64,000 bases of DNA, taken from positions 64,001-128,000 of the forward strand of contig JBFWLW010000005.1 in the NCBI GenBank assembly GCA_050251945.1. Direction: 5' to 3'. The position numbers were made by a program, and so were the translations under genes. The stretch's first letter is position 1; every line of letters starts with the position of its first letter. Below the pieces are notes generated by a model, which saw nothing but the letters and a program-made list of their open reading frames with translations, had not been told where the DNA came from and did no database searches. Of the stretch, positions 8,942 through 17,833 are shown piece by piece. This DNA is from Deferribacterales bacterium (GTDB taxonomy: Bacteria; Chrysiogenota; Deferribacteres; Deferribacterales; Geovibrionaceae).

Positions 8942-10339
8942 ATGAAACAGAATTTACAGAACACAGATATGTCCAAGGGCAATTTTGCAATGATGTCCGT
9001 TCTTCTGATTTCTGCGTTTTTTGCAGTATTAAATGAAACATATCTGAACGTAGCTCTTACTAAGTTTATGGAAATCTTTAATGTAACCATGTCGCAGGTG
9101 CAATGGCTTACAACCGGTTTTATGCTGGTTATGGCGATTGTCATACCGACTACGGCGTTTATAATTGAAAGATTTTCTATCAGGCAGATTTACATAACAA
9201 CTCTTTTACTGATCATTTCAGGAACACTTATCGGAGGTTTTTCAGTCTCTTTCGGGATGTTATTTGTCGGGAGGCTCATACAGGCTGCAGGCACCTGCGT
9301 TCTTATGACTTTAATGACCAATACAATACTCATCATTACTCCCCACAGCAGAAGGGGTGCGGCAATGGGGCTTGTCGGTCTTGTAGTTTTATTTGCTCCT
9401 GCGGTGGCACCGGCTTTTGCGGGAGTAGTGCTGAAAATGTTTGACTGGAGGTGGTTATTTTATATTCTGGCATTTCCTCTGACTGCAGCTCTGATTCTGG
9501 GGCTGAAGTATATAAAAAACATCACTGATACGTCTCCTGTAAAAATAGATTTCCTTTCAGTTATCCTTTCCTCTGTCGGTTTGGGAGGAATCTTTTATGT
9601 GATAAGCGAGTTGGAGAATTCGGGAGCAGGTATAAAGCTCGCTGCCGTATTATTAATCGGGATATCATCAATTATATTTTTCGTATTGAGGCAGTTCAGA
9701 CTGGAAAAACCGCTGCTCGATCTTCGTGTTTTTAAAAAGCCGATGTACTGCATAGGCGTTTCAATTCTGACAATGTGTATGATGATAATTTTTGCATTCA
9801 CTCTTCTGTCGCCAATTTTTATGCAGGGAGCGATGAATCTTTCATTTTACGCTATAGGGCTGGCGATGCTTCCCGGCGGGATAATGAACGGTTTTGCATC
9901 TCCTGTGGCAGGGAAAATATTTGACAGAACAGGACCCAAAATACCTGTTATTACAGGTTTGATTATTATGGCCGCCATTGCACTCTTTCTGACGTCTTTT
10001 GACGGAAACACGTCTGTAGGAACATTTATAACAGCACACTGCGTGCTGATGCTTGCAGTTGCACTGGTTGCCACATCTATTCAGACATTAACTCTCAATC
10101 AGCTGGATAAAAATGAATACGCTCACGGCACAGCTATTTTAATGACTTTCCAGCAGCTGGGAGGAGGCTTGGGAACAGCAGTTTTTGTGGGGATCATGTC
10201 AATGGGCAGAAATATGGCACTTGTTAAAAATGCAGACAACGTATCTGCAATTACGTCTGGATTCCACCTTGCATTTATTGCGGCATTTGTACTCGTTATT
10301 ATTGCTCTGGTTTTATCGCTATTTATAAGGAGACGGTAA
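8942..10339 (+). CDS. DHA2 family MFS efflux transporter, LmrB-like
   Basis: LNETYLNVAL, VQWLTTGFML, GRLIQAAG, APAVAP, PLLDLRVF; about 14 TM segments. Confidence 0.92.
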   Translation: MKQNLQNTDMSKGNFAMMSVLLISAFFAVLNETYLNVALTKFMEIFNVTMSQVQWLTTGFMLVMAIVIPTTAFIIERFSIRQIYITTLLLIISGTLIGGFSVSFGMLFVGRLIQAAGTCVLMTLMTNTILIITPHSRRGAAMGLVGLVVLFAPAVAPAFAGVVLKMFDWRWLFYILAFPLTAALILGLKYIKNITDTSPVKIDFLSVILSSVGLGGIFYVISELENSGAGIKLAAVLLIGISSIIFFVLRQFRLEKPLLDLRVFKKPMYCIGVSILTMCMMIIFAFTLLSPIFMQGAMNLSFYAIGLAMLPGGIMNGFASPVAGKIFDRTGPKIPVITGLIIMAAIALFLTSFDGNTSVGTFITAHCVLMLAVALVATSIQTLTLNQLDKNEYAHGTAILMTFQQLGGGLGTAVFVGIMSMGRNMALVKNADNVSAITSGFHLAFIAAFVLVIIALVLSLFIRRR

Positions 10340-10432
10340 TACGATTTTGTATTTCGCTGTTCATTGTTTAAGTAGCTTTTCCATGCGCGATTTATTATAA
10401 CTATAGAAGATTAATTACACAGGGGAGAACCT

Positions 10433-10792
10433 ATGAGCGCTAAGGAAAAAAACGTAAAAAAGATACTCATCCGCAGTCTGGCATCAATAGTAATAGTTTT
10501 CGTAGCCGCATGGAGTTTCAGTCTTCTCTACGAAGGCAATAAATATCGTCTGCTTGAAAAATTCGATAAACAGGCTGAGGAGAACAGTTCTCTCAAACCG
10601 TATCACAAACTGCACTTTCAGGCAAAACTGGACTGCAGCGCCTGCCATGAGGGCGGAGTTAAAGAGAATCAACCTATTGCTAAGACAAAAGAGGGCGACT
10701 GTTTTATCTGTCACGAAAAGATGAAAGAAACAGCCAAGGTTCCCGAAAATACTCTCTGTGATGCCTGCCATACAAAACCTGTAACATGGTAA
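10433..10792 (+). CDS. Small membrane-anchored triheme cytochrome c (c3/c7-like)
   Basis: One N-terminal TM; HKLH followed by CSACH, CFICH, CDACH. Confidence 0.8.
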   Translation: MSAKEKNVKKILIRSLASIVIVFVAAWSFSLLYEGNKYRLLEKFDKQAEENSSLKPYHKLHFQAKLDCSACHEGGVKENQPIAKTKEGDCFICHEKMKETAKVPENTLCDACHTKPVTW

Positions 10793-10805
10793 ACGGAGGA
10801 GAACG

Positions 10806-11387
10806 ATGATAGACGCAAGAGGAATGGCATGTCCCCAGCCCGTTCTGCTTATTAAAGCGGAACTTGATAAGACAACGGAGGGCGTTGTTTCCATAACCGT
10901 GGATAACAAAGGCTCATGCATAAACGTAAAGAACTTCTGCGAAGCGAACGGATGCACAGTGTCCGTTAAAGAACTTGCGGACGGCTGTTTTCAGATAGAC
11001 GCGGCGAAAGGTTACGACTGCGCAATAGCTGAGAAACAGACGGAAAATTCCACGAACATAGTTGTGTTCGTCACAGGTGAATGTGTCGGAAACGAAGAAC
11101 CTGAACTCGGCAGGATGCTCATGAAAGGTTTCATCGGAAATCTGAAGCATGTAAATCCCTTACCCAAAACGGTTATATTCGTTAATAACAGTGTGCGCAT
11201 GGTAACGCTGAACCTCGAAGTGGCTGAAACTGTTAAAGAGCTTGAGGCTCTTGGTGTGGAAGTCCTTGCGTGCGGTGCCTGTCTTAACTATTTTAATCTG
11301 GTGGACGAGCTTAAAGCCGGCAAAGTATCAGACGCTCTGACAGTTGCAAACAAGCTTTTCGGTGCAGATAAAGTAATAAGACTGTAA
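10806..11387 (+). CDS. yedF: Sulfurtransferase-like selenium metabolism protein YedF (TusA/SirA + DsrE domains)
   Basis: IDARGMACPQPV N-terminal domain; ELGRMLMKGF and LACGACLNYF C-terminal domain. Confidence 0.85.
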   Translation: MIDARGMACPQPVLLIKAELDKTTEGVVSITVDNKGSCINVKNFCEANGCTVSVKELADGCFQIDAAKGYDCAIAEKQTENSTNIVVFVTGECVGNEEPELGRMLMKGFIGNLKHVNPLPKTVIFVNNSVRMVTLNLEVAETVKELEALGVEVLACGACLNYFNLVDELKAGKVSDALTVANKLFGADKVIRL

Positions 11388-11531
11388 AAGGTGCAAGGCA
11401 CATGGATGTGCCTCACGGAATTATGATTTTGTGATTTATTACAAAATCATAATAGAGTGCAAGCATTGTGCAGGCTTTGCCTGTGCTGTGCGTTGCGAAA
11501 AAATAACAGGAAGTTATTTTTGAGGTGACAA

Positions 11532-12212
11532 TTGTTCCCACTTTCGGATTCGTTCAAGACGGGGATATATCCGGTTGTAACATGGGTAATCATACTGATA
11601 AACGTGGTTGTTTTCTGGATGATGTACATGGGTCAGAACCCGCACCCTGATCAGTACATTATTGAATACGGACTGATAGCCCGCAATCTGTTCATACCGG
11701 ACGAGGTTTTACCTCTGTCAGGCAAGATCACCCCCGTCATAGCCCATATGTTCATGCACGGCGGGTTTATGCATATTCTGGGAAACATGTATTTCCTGTT
11801 CATCTTTGGCGATAACGTTGAGGAACGGATGGGACACGTCGGGTTTTCAGTCATGTACTTTGTTTTCGGTCTTTGCGCGGCGTTTGTACAGGTGCTTTCC
11901 GATATCGGGTCTCAGGTGCCTATGGTTGGCGCCAGCGGCGCTCTGGCTGGTGTCATGGGCGCTTATATGATATATTTTCCGCAGTCGCAGGTGAGAACGC
12001 TGTTTCTTCTGCCTTTTTTCATCCGCATAGTGGAGATTCCGGCATTGATATACATGCTTTTCTGGCTTGGTATGCAGTTCATGGGAGTGCTGGGCAGCGG
12101 TTCCGGCGTTGCGTTTCTGGCGCATATAGGCGGATTTGCGGCTGGTGTTGTTTTCGCATTGATACACAGAGGCTTGAGCGGTACGCCGCATAAAAGATAT
12201 TACAGAATATGA
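11532..12212 (+). CDS. Rhomboid family intramembrane serine protease
   Basis: HMFMHGGFMHILGNM, VGASGA, AHIGGF; TTG start after GAGGTG. Confidence 0.93.
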   Translation: MFPLSDSFKTGIYPVVTWVIILINVVVFWMMYMGQNPHPDQYIIEYGLIARNLFIPDEVLPLSGKITPVIAHMFMHGGFMHILGNMYFLFIFGDNVEERMGHVGFSVMYFVFGLCAAFVQVLSDIGSQVPMVGASGALAGVMGAYMIYFPQSQVRTLFLLPFFIRIVEIPALIYMLFWLGMQFMGVLGSGSGVAFLAHIGGFAAGVVFALIHRGLSGTPHKRYYRI

Positions 12213-12232
12213 TATGGGACTGCGCGGCAGTC

Positions 12233-12375
12233 TCAGGTTGTTGACAAACTAAATTTACACAGACTTATATTAGACTGCTTCGGGTTAAAACCCTCGCAGA
12301 GACTTTTTTTTGTCTTCGCGAGGAGTGCATGCGACGACGCGATCTCGCATTTTACTGACTTTGTCATCAGTCTGA
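12233..12375 (-). mobile_element. MITE-like element (type C), copy 1
   Basis: Ends TCAGGTTGTTGACAAA / TTTGTCATCAGTCTGA; contains two type-A hairpins; 64 bp identical in reverse complement to 18318-18381. Confidence 0.8.
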
Positions 12376-12391
12376 TTATCAGGAGGGGACG

Positions 12392-12640
12392 ATGTGTCTT
12401 GGATTTCCCGGTAAAATAATTGAAATGGATGAATATTCCGCAGTTGTGGATATAGCAGGAACAAAGCGTGAGGTATCCACAATGATGCTGCCTGACGAAG
12501 TCACACTTGGCGACTGGGTTATGGTTCACGCCGGAATGGCGCTTGCAAAGATGGATGAGGAAGAGGCTATAAAGACCCTTGAAGCTCTTTCGGATCTTGC
12601 TGACGAAATGGACAGGATGGAAACGGATGAAGCTCGTTGA
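12392..12640 (+). CDS. hypC: Hydrogenase maturation chaperone HypC
   Basis: MCLGFPG...GDWVMVHAGMA. Confidence 0.96.
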   Translation: MCLGFPGKIIEMDEYSAVVDIAGTKREVSTMMLPDEVTLGDWVMVHAGMALAKMDEEEAIKTLEALSDLADEMDRMETDEAR

Positions 12641-13703
12641 CGGATTCAGAGACAAGGAGCTTTGCGCGGCTCTTATAAAACAGATACAGAGAGAGGCTAC
12701 AGGCAGCTATAGATTTATGGAAGTTTGCGGAAGTCATACAATGGCTATCGCCCGCTTCGGGATACGCAGTGTTCTGCCTAAGAACATTGAACTGGTTTCA
12801 GGACCCGGATGCCCTGTCTGCGTTACGCCTCAGTGTGAGATAGACGGTATATTCAAGCTGGTTGAAAAGGGTGCGGTAATCACCACTTTCGGCGATATGA
12901 TGAAGGTTCCGGGCAGTAAAGGTCAGAATCTGCAGGAACTTAAAAGCGCAGGAGCGGACATCCGCATAGTATTTTCACCACTTGACGCTATAAAGGTTGC
13001 AAAAGAGACCGGCAAAGAGACTGTTTTCATAGGCATCGGTTTCGAGACAACAGCCCCTGCGGTTGCCTCGGTTGCACTGGTTGCGAAACAGCAGGGTGTT
13101 AAGAACGTGTCCGTGACCCCCTATAACAAGACGATGCCCGAAGTGCTGGACATTCTTCTCAACGACGAGAATCTGAATATTCAGGGGTTCGTATGCCCGG
13201 GACACGTTACTATAGTGACCGGAACAGCGCTTTACAATCCGATGGTTGCTCACAACATGGCGGCAGTTATAACAGGATTTGAGCCTGTGGACGTGCTTTC
13301 CTCAATCCTTGAGATGGTTCGTCAGGTGAATACTGGTAAGTATGAAGTAAAAAACATGTACGGTCGCGTTGTTTCCGATGAAGGAAACAAAAAGGCTCAG
13401 AACATCCTGAACACGGTATATCAGAAACAGGGATGCTGGTGGCGCGGCATTGGCTGGATAGATGACAGCGGTCTGGCTTTCAGACCGGAATACAAAGAAT
13501 ACGACGCATTTGAGAAGTTCGGCATCAGCCTTGAAGGAGAGAAGGAAACCCCCGGGTGCAGATGCGGAGAAGTTCTGAAAGGCTATATAAAGGCGAGCGA
13601 TTGCCCGCTTTTCGGCACAGCCTGCACACCCGACAGTCCCGTAGGACCCTGTATGGTCTCCTCCGAGGGCGCGTGTGCGGCGGTCTATAAATATGGAGAG
13701 TAA
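12627..13703 (+). CDS. hypD: Hydrogenase maturation protein HypD
   Basis: MEVCGSH, GPGCPVC, GFETT, PGHV, GPCMVSSEGAC; ATG 12627 overlaps the hypC end. Confidence 0.97.
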   Translation: MKLVDGFRDKELCAALIKQIQREATGSYRFMEVCGSHTMAIARFGIRSVLPKNIELVSGPGCPVCVTPQCEIDGIFKLVEKGAVITTFGDMMKVPGSKGQNLQELKSAGADIRIVFSPLDAIKVAKETGKETVFIGIGFETTAPAVASVALVAKQQGVKNVSVTPYNKTMPEVLDILLNDENLNIQGFVCPGHVTIVTGTALYNPMVAHNMAAVITGFEPVDVLSSILEMVRQVNTGKYEVKNMYGRVVSDEGNKKAQNILNTVYQKQGCWWRGIGWIDDSGLAFRPEYKEYDAFEKFGISLEGEKETPGCRCGEVLKGYIKASDCPLFGTACTPDSPVGPCMVSSEGACAAVYKYGE

Positions 13704-13708
13704 AAAAA

Positions 13709-15466
13709 ATACTACACGGAAATATCATAGGGCTTAAGCCCCAGCAAATAAAAAGACTTGAAAATCTGTACGGACGCAAAGCAGGCTCACACGAGGTCAT
13801 CCAGCCGGAGCTTGCCAAAGCGCTCTGTTCCATATCCATGGAGATAAACAGGCAGGTGGGCGTTCTTGCCGACAGAAAAGGCGTGGTGGAATTTGTCATT
13901 GTGGGCGACACCCGCGGGCTGTTCATCCCTTCGCTGTCCCGTTTCCGGCTTGTTCCGGGAAACCTGCGCGGGATAAGGCTTCTGCATACCCACCTTTACA
14001 GGGAGAACATCACGGAGGACGATATAACCGACCTTGCGCTTCTGCGTCTGGACAGTGTCACCGCGGTGTATTCTGACCCTCATGGCAACCCCAACGGGCT
14101 GAAAACTGCGCATCTCCTGCCGCCGGATGCAGAGAGCATGTATGCGTTTCTGTCTGATACGGATATTTACAGACAGAAGACCGACTATGAGCATTTCATA
14201 GCGGAACTGGACAGCGAAATAGCCTCCAAAACAAAAAAACTGCACAAGGTGCAGGACAAGCCATACGCGCTTCTTGTGGGCTGTTACAAGTCTAAAAGTT
14301 TCGGCGAGGACAACATGGCAGAGCTTAAAGAGCTTGCCAGAAGCGCCGAGATGGAGATAACCGATACTGTTGTTCAGGTGAAAGACCAGATACACCCCAA
14401 ATATGTCATAGGTTCCGGCAAACTGAAAGATATCGTCATAAAGGCTATGCAGACAGGTGCGGAGTTTCTTGTGTTCGACAACCCTCTGACCCCTGCGCAG
14501 TCCCGTTCAATCGCGGACTTTACCGACCTCAAGATCATCGACCGTCCCCAGCTTATTCTTGACATCTTCGCGAAACGCGCGAAGACGGGCGAGGGCAAGA
14601 TAAGGGTGGAGCTTGCGCAGATGAAATATCTTCTGCCGAGGCTTACGATGAAGGACGACGCACTTTCGAGGCTTACCGGGGGTATCGGCGGACGCGGACC
14701 CGGAAACACGAAACTGGAGATAGACAAAAGACGCGTCAACGAGAGGATAGCCTTCCTTTCGGGCAAGCTGAAACAGATAGAGAAGAACCGCGAGACAATG
14801 CGTTCGCGCAGAAACCGCAACGAACTTCCTGTGGTGTCCATAATCGGCTACACCAACGCGGGCAAATCGACGCTTTTGAACAGCCTTACCCAAAGCGAGG
14901 TGTATGCGGACAATCTTATGTTTGCGACACTTGACACCAGTTCCAAAAGGATACGCTTCCCTGAGGAGAAGGATGTCATTATAACGGATACGGTCGGGTT
15001 CATACGCGACCTGCCGGAAAACCTGAAAGGTGCGTTTAAATCCACCCTTGAGGAGCTTGCGGAGGCCGATCTTCTTGTGCATGTGCTGGATATTGCATCC
15101 GAAGGATTCAATGCCCGTGCAAGATCCGTTGAACTTATCCTTGCGGAGCTTGGTCTTTCAGACAGGGACAAGATTCTGGTGCTGAACAAGATTGACATGC
15201 TCGATGATTTCGAGCGGGAATATCTTGCAACAGGTATCGTACCCGACGGCGAACAGCCGGAAAAATATTCACGAATTTTCGATGTTGAAAATATGATTCA
15301 ACGTTATAATAAAGTATGTCTCGTGAGCGCGACGGACAGAAGAACCTTCCGTGAGCTGCTGGAGATCATACGGCTGTCCCTCTTTTCCGGCGGGAAAGAG
15401 GTGGATATTGACATCGAAGGCTATTTCGGGCTGAGGGCATATGACGGGGACATTGACACCATCTGA
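13709..15466 (+). CDS. hflX: GTPase HflX, long form with N-terminal extension; start codon uncertain
   Basis: GYTNAGKS, FATLD, DTVGF, NKID. The in-frame LHGNIIGLKPQQIKRLENLY extends about 43 codons upstream of ATG 13838 with no ATG/GTG/TTG. Confidence 0.9.
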   Translation: MLHGNIIGLKPQQIKRLENLYGRKAGSHEVIQPELAKALCSISMEINRQVGVLADRKGVVEFVIVGDTRGLFIPSLSRFRLVPGNLRGIRLLHTHLYRENITEDDITDLALLRLDSVTAVYSDPHGNPNGLKTAHLLPPDAESMYAFLSDTDIYRQKTDYEHFIAELDSEIASKTKKLHKVQDKPYALLVGCYKSKSFGEDNMAELKELARSAEMEITDTVVQVKDQIHPKYVIGSGKLKDIVIKAMQTGAEFLVFDNPLTPAQSRSIADFTDLKIIDRPQLILDIFAKRAKTGEGKIRVELAQMKYLLPRLTMKDDALSRLTGGIGGRGPGNTKLEIDKRRVNERIAFLSGKLKQIEKNRETMRSRRNRNELPVVSIIGYTNAGKSTLLNSLTQSEVYADNLMFATLDTSSKRIRFPEEKDVIITDTVGFIRDLPENLKGAFKSTLEELAEADLLVHVLDIASEGFNARARSVELILAELGLSDRDKILVLNKIDMLDDFEREYLATGIVPDGEQPEKYSRIFDVENMIQRYNKVCLVSATDRRTFRELLEIIRLSLFSGGKEVDIDIEGYFGLRAYDGDIDTI

Positions 15467-15800
15467 GGTTATTCAGTTCAGGGCAGAATGTTACAGAAAC
15501 CTTGACGGAAGGGGCGTTTTCAGTCTCTATTCCGAGCGGAGCGACCTTTGCAGATTTTTCAGCGAGGACTCGTTTTCCGACCATTTTTCAAAACAGACCG
15601 CTGGATGCACCCATGCGGGAATAAAAATTGTGTCCGAGTATGAAAAAGGAGGGCTTGCCGAAGTGAAGTACATCGAGTACATTGATGAAGGCGCAAGCCT
15701 CGTTTCGTATTATTCCAAAACGGCTTTGGTTACGGAAGACGGTCAGTGGAAAATTCTGCGCGAATCCAGAGAAGTGCGAAAAAACGCCATAACCGCTTGA
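15441..15800 (+). CDS. Hypothetical protein, possibly NTF2/YchJ-like fold
   Basis: Overlaps the hflX end; TPSEVIQFR...AEVKY...EDGQWKI pattern. Confidence 0.55.
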   Translation: MTGTLTPSEVIQFRAECYRNLDGRGVFSLYSERSDLCRFFSEDSFSDHFSKQTAGCTHAGIKIVSEYEKGGLAEVKYIEYIDEGASLVSYYSKTALVTEDGQWKILRESREVRKNAITA

Positions 15801-15832
15801 TAAAAAAAATTTACTTTTATGTCAAATAGTGC

Positions 15833-15861
15833 TTGAAAAATTGACGGGAATATTTTATAAG
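15833..15861 (+). promoter_or_regulatory. Putative sigma70 promoter of the tRNA pair
   Basis: TTGAAA-N17-TATAAG with an AT-rich upstream tract. Confidence 0.5.
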
Positions 15862-15877
15862 TAATCCCTGCTTACAC

Positions 15878-15966
15878 GGAGGAGTGTCCGAGTCTGGTTT
15901 AAGGAGGCGGTCTTGAAAACCGTTGAGCGTGTGAGCGCTCCGTGGGTTCGAATCCTACCTCCTCCG
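15878..15966 (+). tRNA. tRNA-Ser(TGA)
   Basis: GGAGGAG acceptor, GCGGT-CT-TGA-AA-ACCGT anticodon arm, long variable arm, GGTTCGAATCC; CCA not encoded. Confidence 0.96.
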
Positions 15967-15983
15967 TTTTATATTTTCTTTTG

Positions 15984-16076
15984 GGAGTGGTGGCCGAGCT
16001 AGGCCGAAGGCGCTCGCCTGCTAAGCGAGTATACGGCTTTTAAACCGTATCGAGGGTTCGAATCCCTCCCACTCCG
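15984..16076 (+). tRNA. tRNA-Ser(GCT)
   Basis: GGAGTGG/CCACTCC acceptor, CTCGC-CT-GCT-AA-GCGAG anticodon arm, long variable arm, GGTTCGAATCC; CCA not encoded. Confidence 0.96.
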
Positions 16077-16103
16077 TATCGACTTCTATAAAAAGAGGAT
16101 GTC

Positions 16104-16646
16104 ATGAAAAAAATAATCACAATGTTTATCGCTTCAGTGTTCGCTTTCTCCTGTTCTCAGGGAGTTGTTGACAAAGACAAAGCCAAAGAACAGCAGGCTC
16201 CCGCAGCAGAATCTGCTCAACCCGCCGATCCTCATGCAGGTAATGTCGACGCAGATCCCCACGCCGGAATGGACGCTCCGAAAGAGAGAAAGATCAATGT
16301 CCCCAAGGAAGTGGCTGACAAATACAAAAGCCTTATCCTTGAAGTGAAAAACACTGCGGACAACTCAACCGTTCAGGCAGACGTCCTTATCGGTCAGAAG
16401 GCCGAAGTTCAGGGAACTCCCTTTACTGTAGAAGTTGAATACTATATGCCCGATTTCGTTATCGAAGCTGACGGTACCATCACAACAAGAAGTGCGGATG
16501 AGAAAAACCCCGTTGCCAAGATTAAAGTTTACAAAATGGGCGAAGCTTTCTTTGACGGATGGCTTTTCAAAAACCACCCCACAGAGCATGGGAACTTTAA
16601 CGATCCCAGCTACAGCATAACAATCATAAAATCACAGACTAAGTAA
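16104..16646 (+). CDS. Lipoprotein of unknown function (possibly DUF2155-like)
   Basis: Lipobox AFSC; ADPHAG twice; C-terminal NPVAKI...FDGWLF...H...DPSY. Confidence 0.7.
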   Translation: MKKIITMFIASVFAFSCSQGVVDKDKAKEQQAPAAESAQPADPHAGNVDADPHAGMDAPKERKINVPKEVADKYKSLILEVKNTADNSTVQADVLIGQKAEVQGTPFTVEVEYYMPDFVIEADGTITTRSADEKNPVAKIKVYKMGEAFFDGWLFKNHPTEHGNFNDPSYSITIIKSQTK

Positions 16647-16650
16647 ATAG

Positions 16651-16678
16651 AAGCGGCTCATTTGAGCCGCTTTTTTTT
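16651..16678 (+). terminator. Rho-independent terminator
   Basis: AAGCGGCTCA/TGAGCCGCTT plus T-tract. Confidence 0.85.
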
Positions 16679-16683
16679 ATCGC

Positions 16684-16794
16684 TTTTTATAATCATCGCA
16701 TTTCTTCGTTGTCATCCAAAAATGTTTATCACGTACTTTATGTACGCTCAAAACATTTTTTCTCTGACGCCTTGAACTGCTCGATTCTAAAAAC
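16684..16794. repeat. Type-B long-hairpin repeat, copy 2
   Basis: TATAATC-ATCGCATTTCTTCGTTGTCA...CGTAC-TTTAT-GTACG...TGACGCCTTGAACTGCTCGATTCTAAAAA. Confidence 0.85.
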
Positions 16795-16814
16795 CAATTT
16801 AAATTCATGACCTT

Positions 16815-16979
16815 CGTCTCTGCGAGCCGATGCAGTCGGCGCGGCAGTCTGAGTGGTTCAGATCGCGTCGGGCGCTGCCCTCGCGAAGACGAAACAAAAC
16901 CAAGTCTCTGCGAGCCGATGCAGTCGGCGCGGCAGTCTGAATGGTTTAGATCGCGTCGGGCGTTGCCCTCGCGAAGACG
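16815..16979. repeat. Two tandem type-A heterodimers (BIME/REPIN-like)
   Basis: 75-bp unit at 16816-16890 and 16904-16978 with 3 mismatches; each is GTCTCTGCGAG...GCAGTCT plus AGATCGC...CTCGCGAAGAC. Confidence 0.9.
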
Positions 16980-17026
16980 GATGAAGTTTCAGTATGAAAC
17001 CAGCAGAACAAAAAAACGCTGATTTA

Positions 17027-17737
17027 TCAGATTATTTCACACAGACAGGCGAGTGTTTCGCCATCGAAGATTGAAACTATGCGGCTTTTTGCCTCATCGG
17101 CAATTTTAACGTCAACAAACTTTGTTTCAGGCTTTATCTCGTGGTTATAGAATAGACCAACGGTCTTTCCGGTGAAGTCCATGTCGCCTGAGGCAAGGCT
17201 CAGTATTTCGCCGTAACGGATGTTGTTCATATGGGAATTTATGTCGAAATCCGCAGGGCGAAGCTGAACATGCACCGACTTGTCATAACTTTCAGCGCCT
17301 TTTCTATCCCAGCCGTCTATCATGCTGCACATGTTGCATACGTTCTCGCTCTGATAGTCCGCAAGCATCTGAGGCGTAACCCTGACAGGACGTTTCTTTT
17401 CTATATCGATATAGAGCCATATGCTGGAACCTCTTATGCAAAGTTCGCCGTCGGCTTTTATTTCGTAATTTCTAAATCCTTTGAATCTGTCCAGTCCGCG
17501 TGACCATGTCCGCACTTCAAGTTCTTTTGAAAAATCAGGGAATACGTCGGCATGTATCATGAGCCTGTTCAGCATCCATATGTTGCCCTTGCCCATGTAG
17601 CTGTCGGCGGAATAGCCGACGCTGGCGGAATGTGCCACTGCCGCTTCCTGAAATATCTTCAGAATTGCGTCGAAACGGAGTCTTCTGTCTGCTCCGTAGT
17701 CTGAAATGTCTTTTATTCTGGTGTAATCGTAAAACAT
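17027..17737 (-). CDS. Acyl-ACP thioesterase (double hotdog fold)
   Basis: IFQEAAVAHS, VRTW, WLYIDIEKKRPVR, DFDINSHMNNIRY. Confidence 0.9.
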   Translation of the reverse strand: MFYDYTRIKDISDYGADRRLRFDAILKIFQEAAVAHSASVGYSADSYMGKGNIWMLNRLMIHADVFPDFSKELEVRTWSRGLDRFKGFRNYEIKADGELCIRGSSIWLYIDIEKKRPVRVTPQMLADYQSENVCNMCSMIDGWDRKGAESYDKSVHVQLRPADFDINSHMNNIRYGEILSLASGDMDFTGKTVGLFYNHEIKPETKFVDVKIADEAKSRIVSIFDGETLACLCEII

Positions 17738-17833
17738 TTGTAATGTTAACTCCGAAATGCGCCGGAGGTCAATCTTTTACTATGCAAATGAATATTTTGA
17801 CCGTTATAATATCTGAAAAAACCGGAGGTTTAT

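Noticed and set aside
10806..11500. Selenocysteine readthrough or SECIS near yedF
   Set aside because: yedF has no in-frame TGA and ends in TAA.
15878..16076. tRNAs as island integration sites
   Set aside because: No duplicated tRNA 3' end and no adjacent integrase seen in the window.
16815..16979. Direct repeats as a CRISPR array
   Set aside because: Only two 75-bp units with a 13-bp gap; they belong to the dispersed type-A family, and no cas genes are present.
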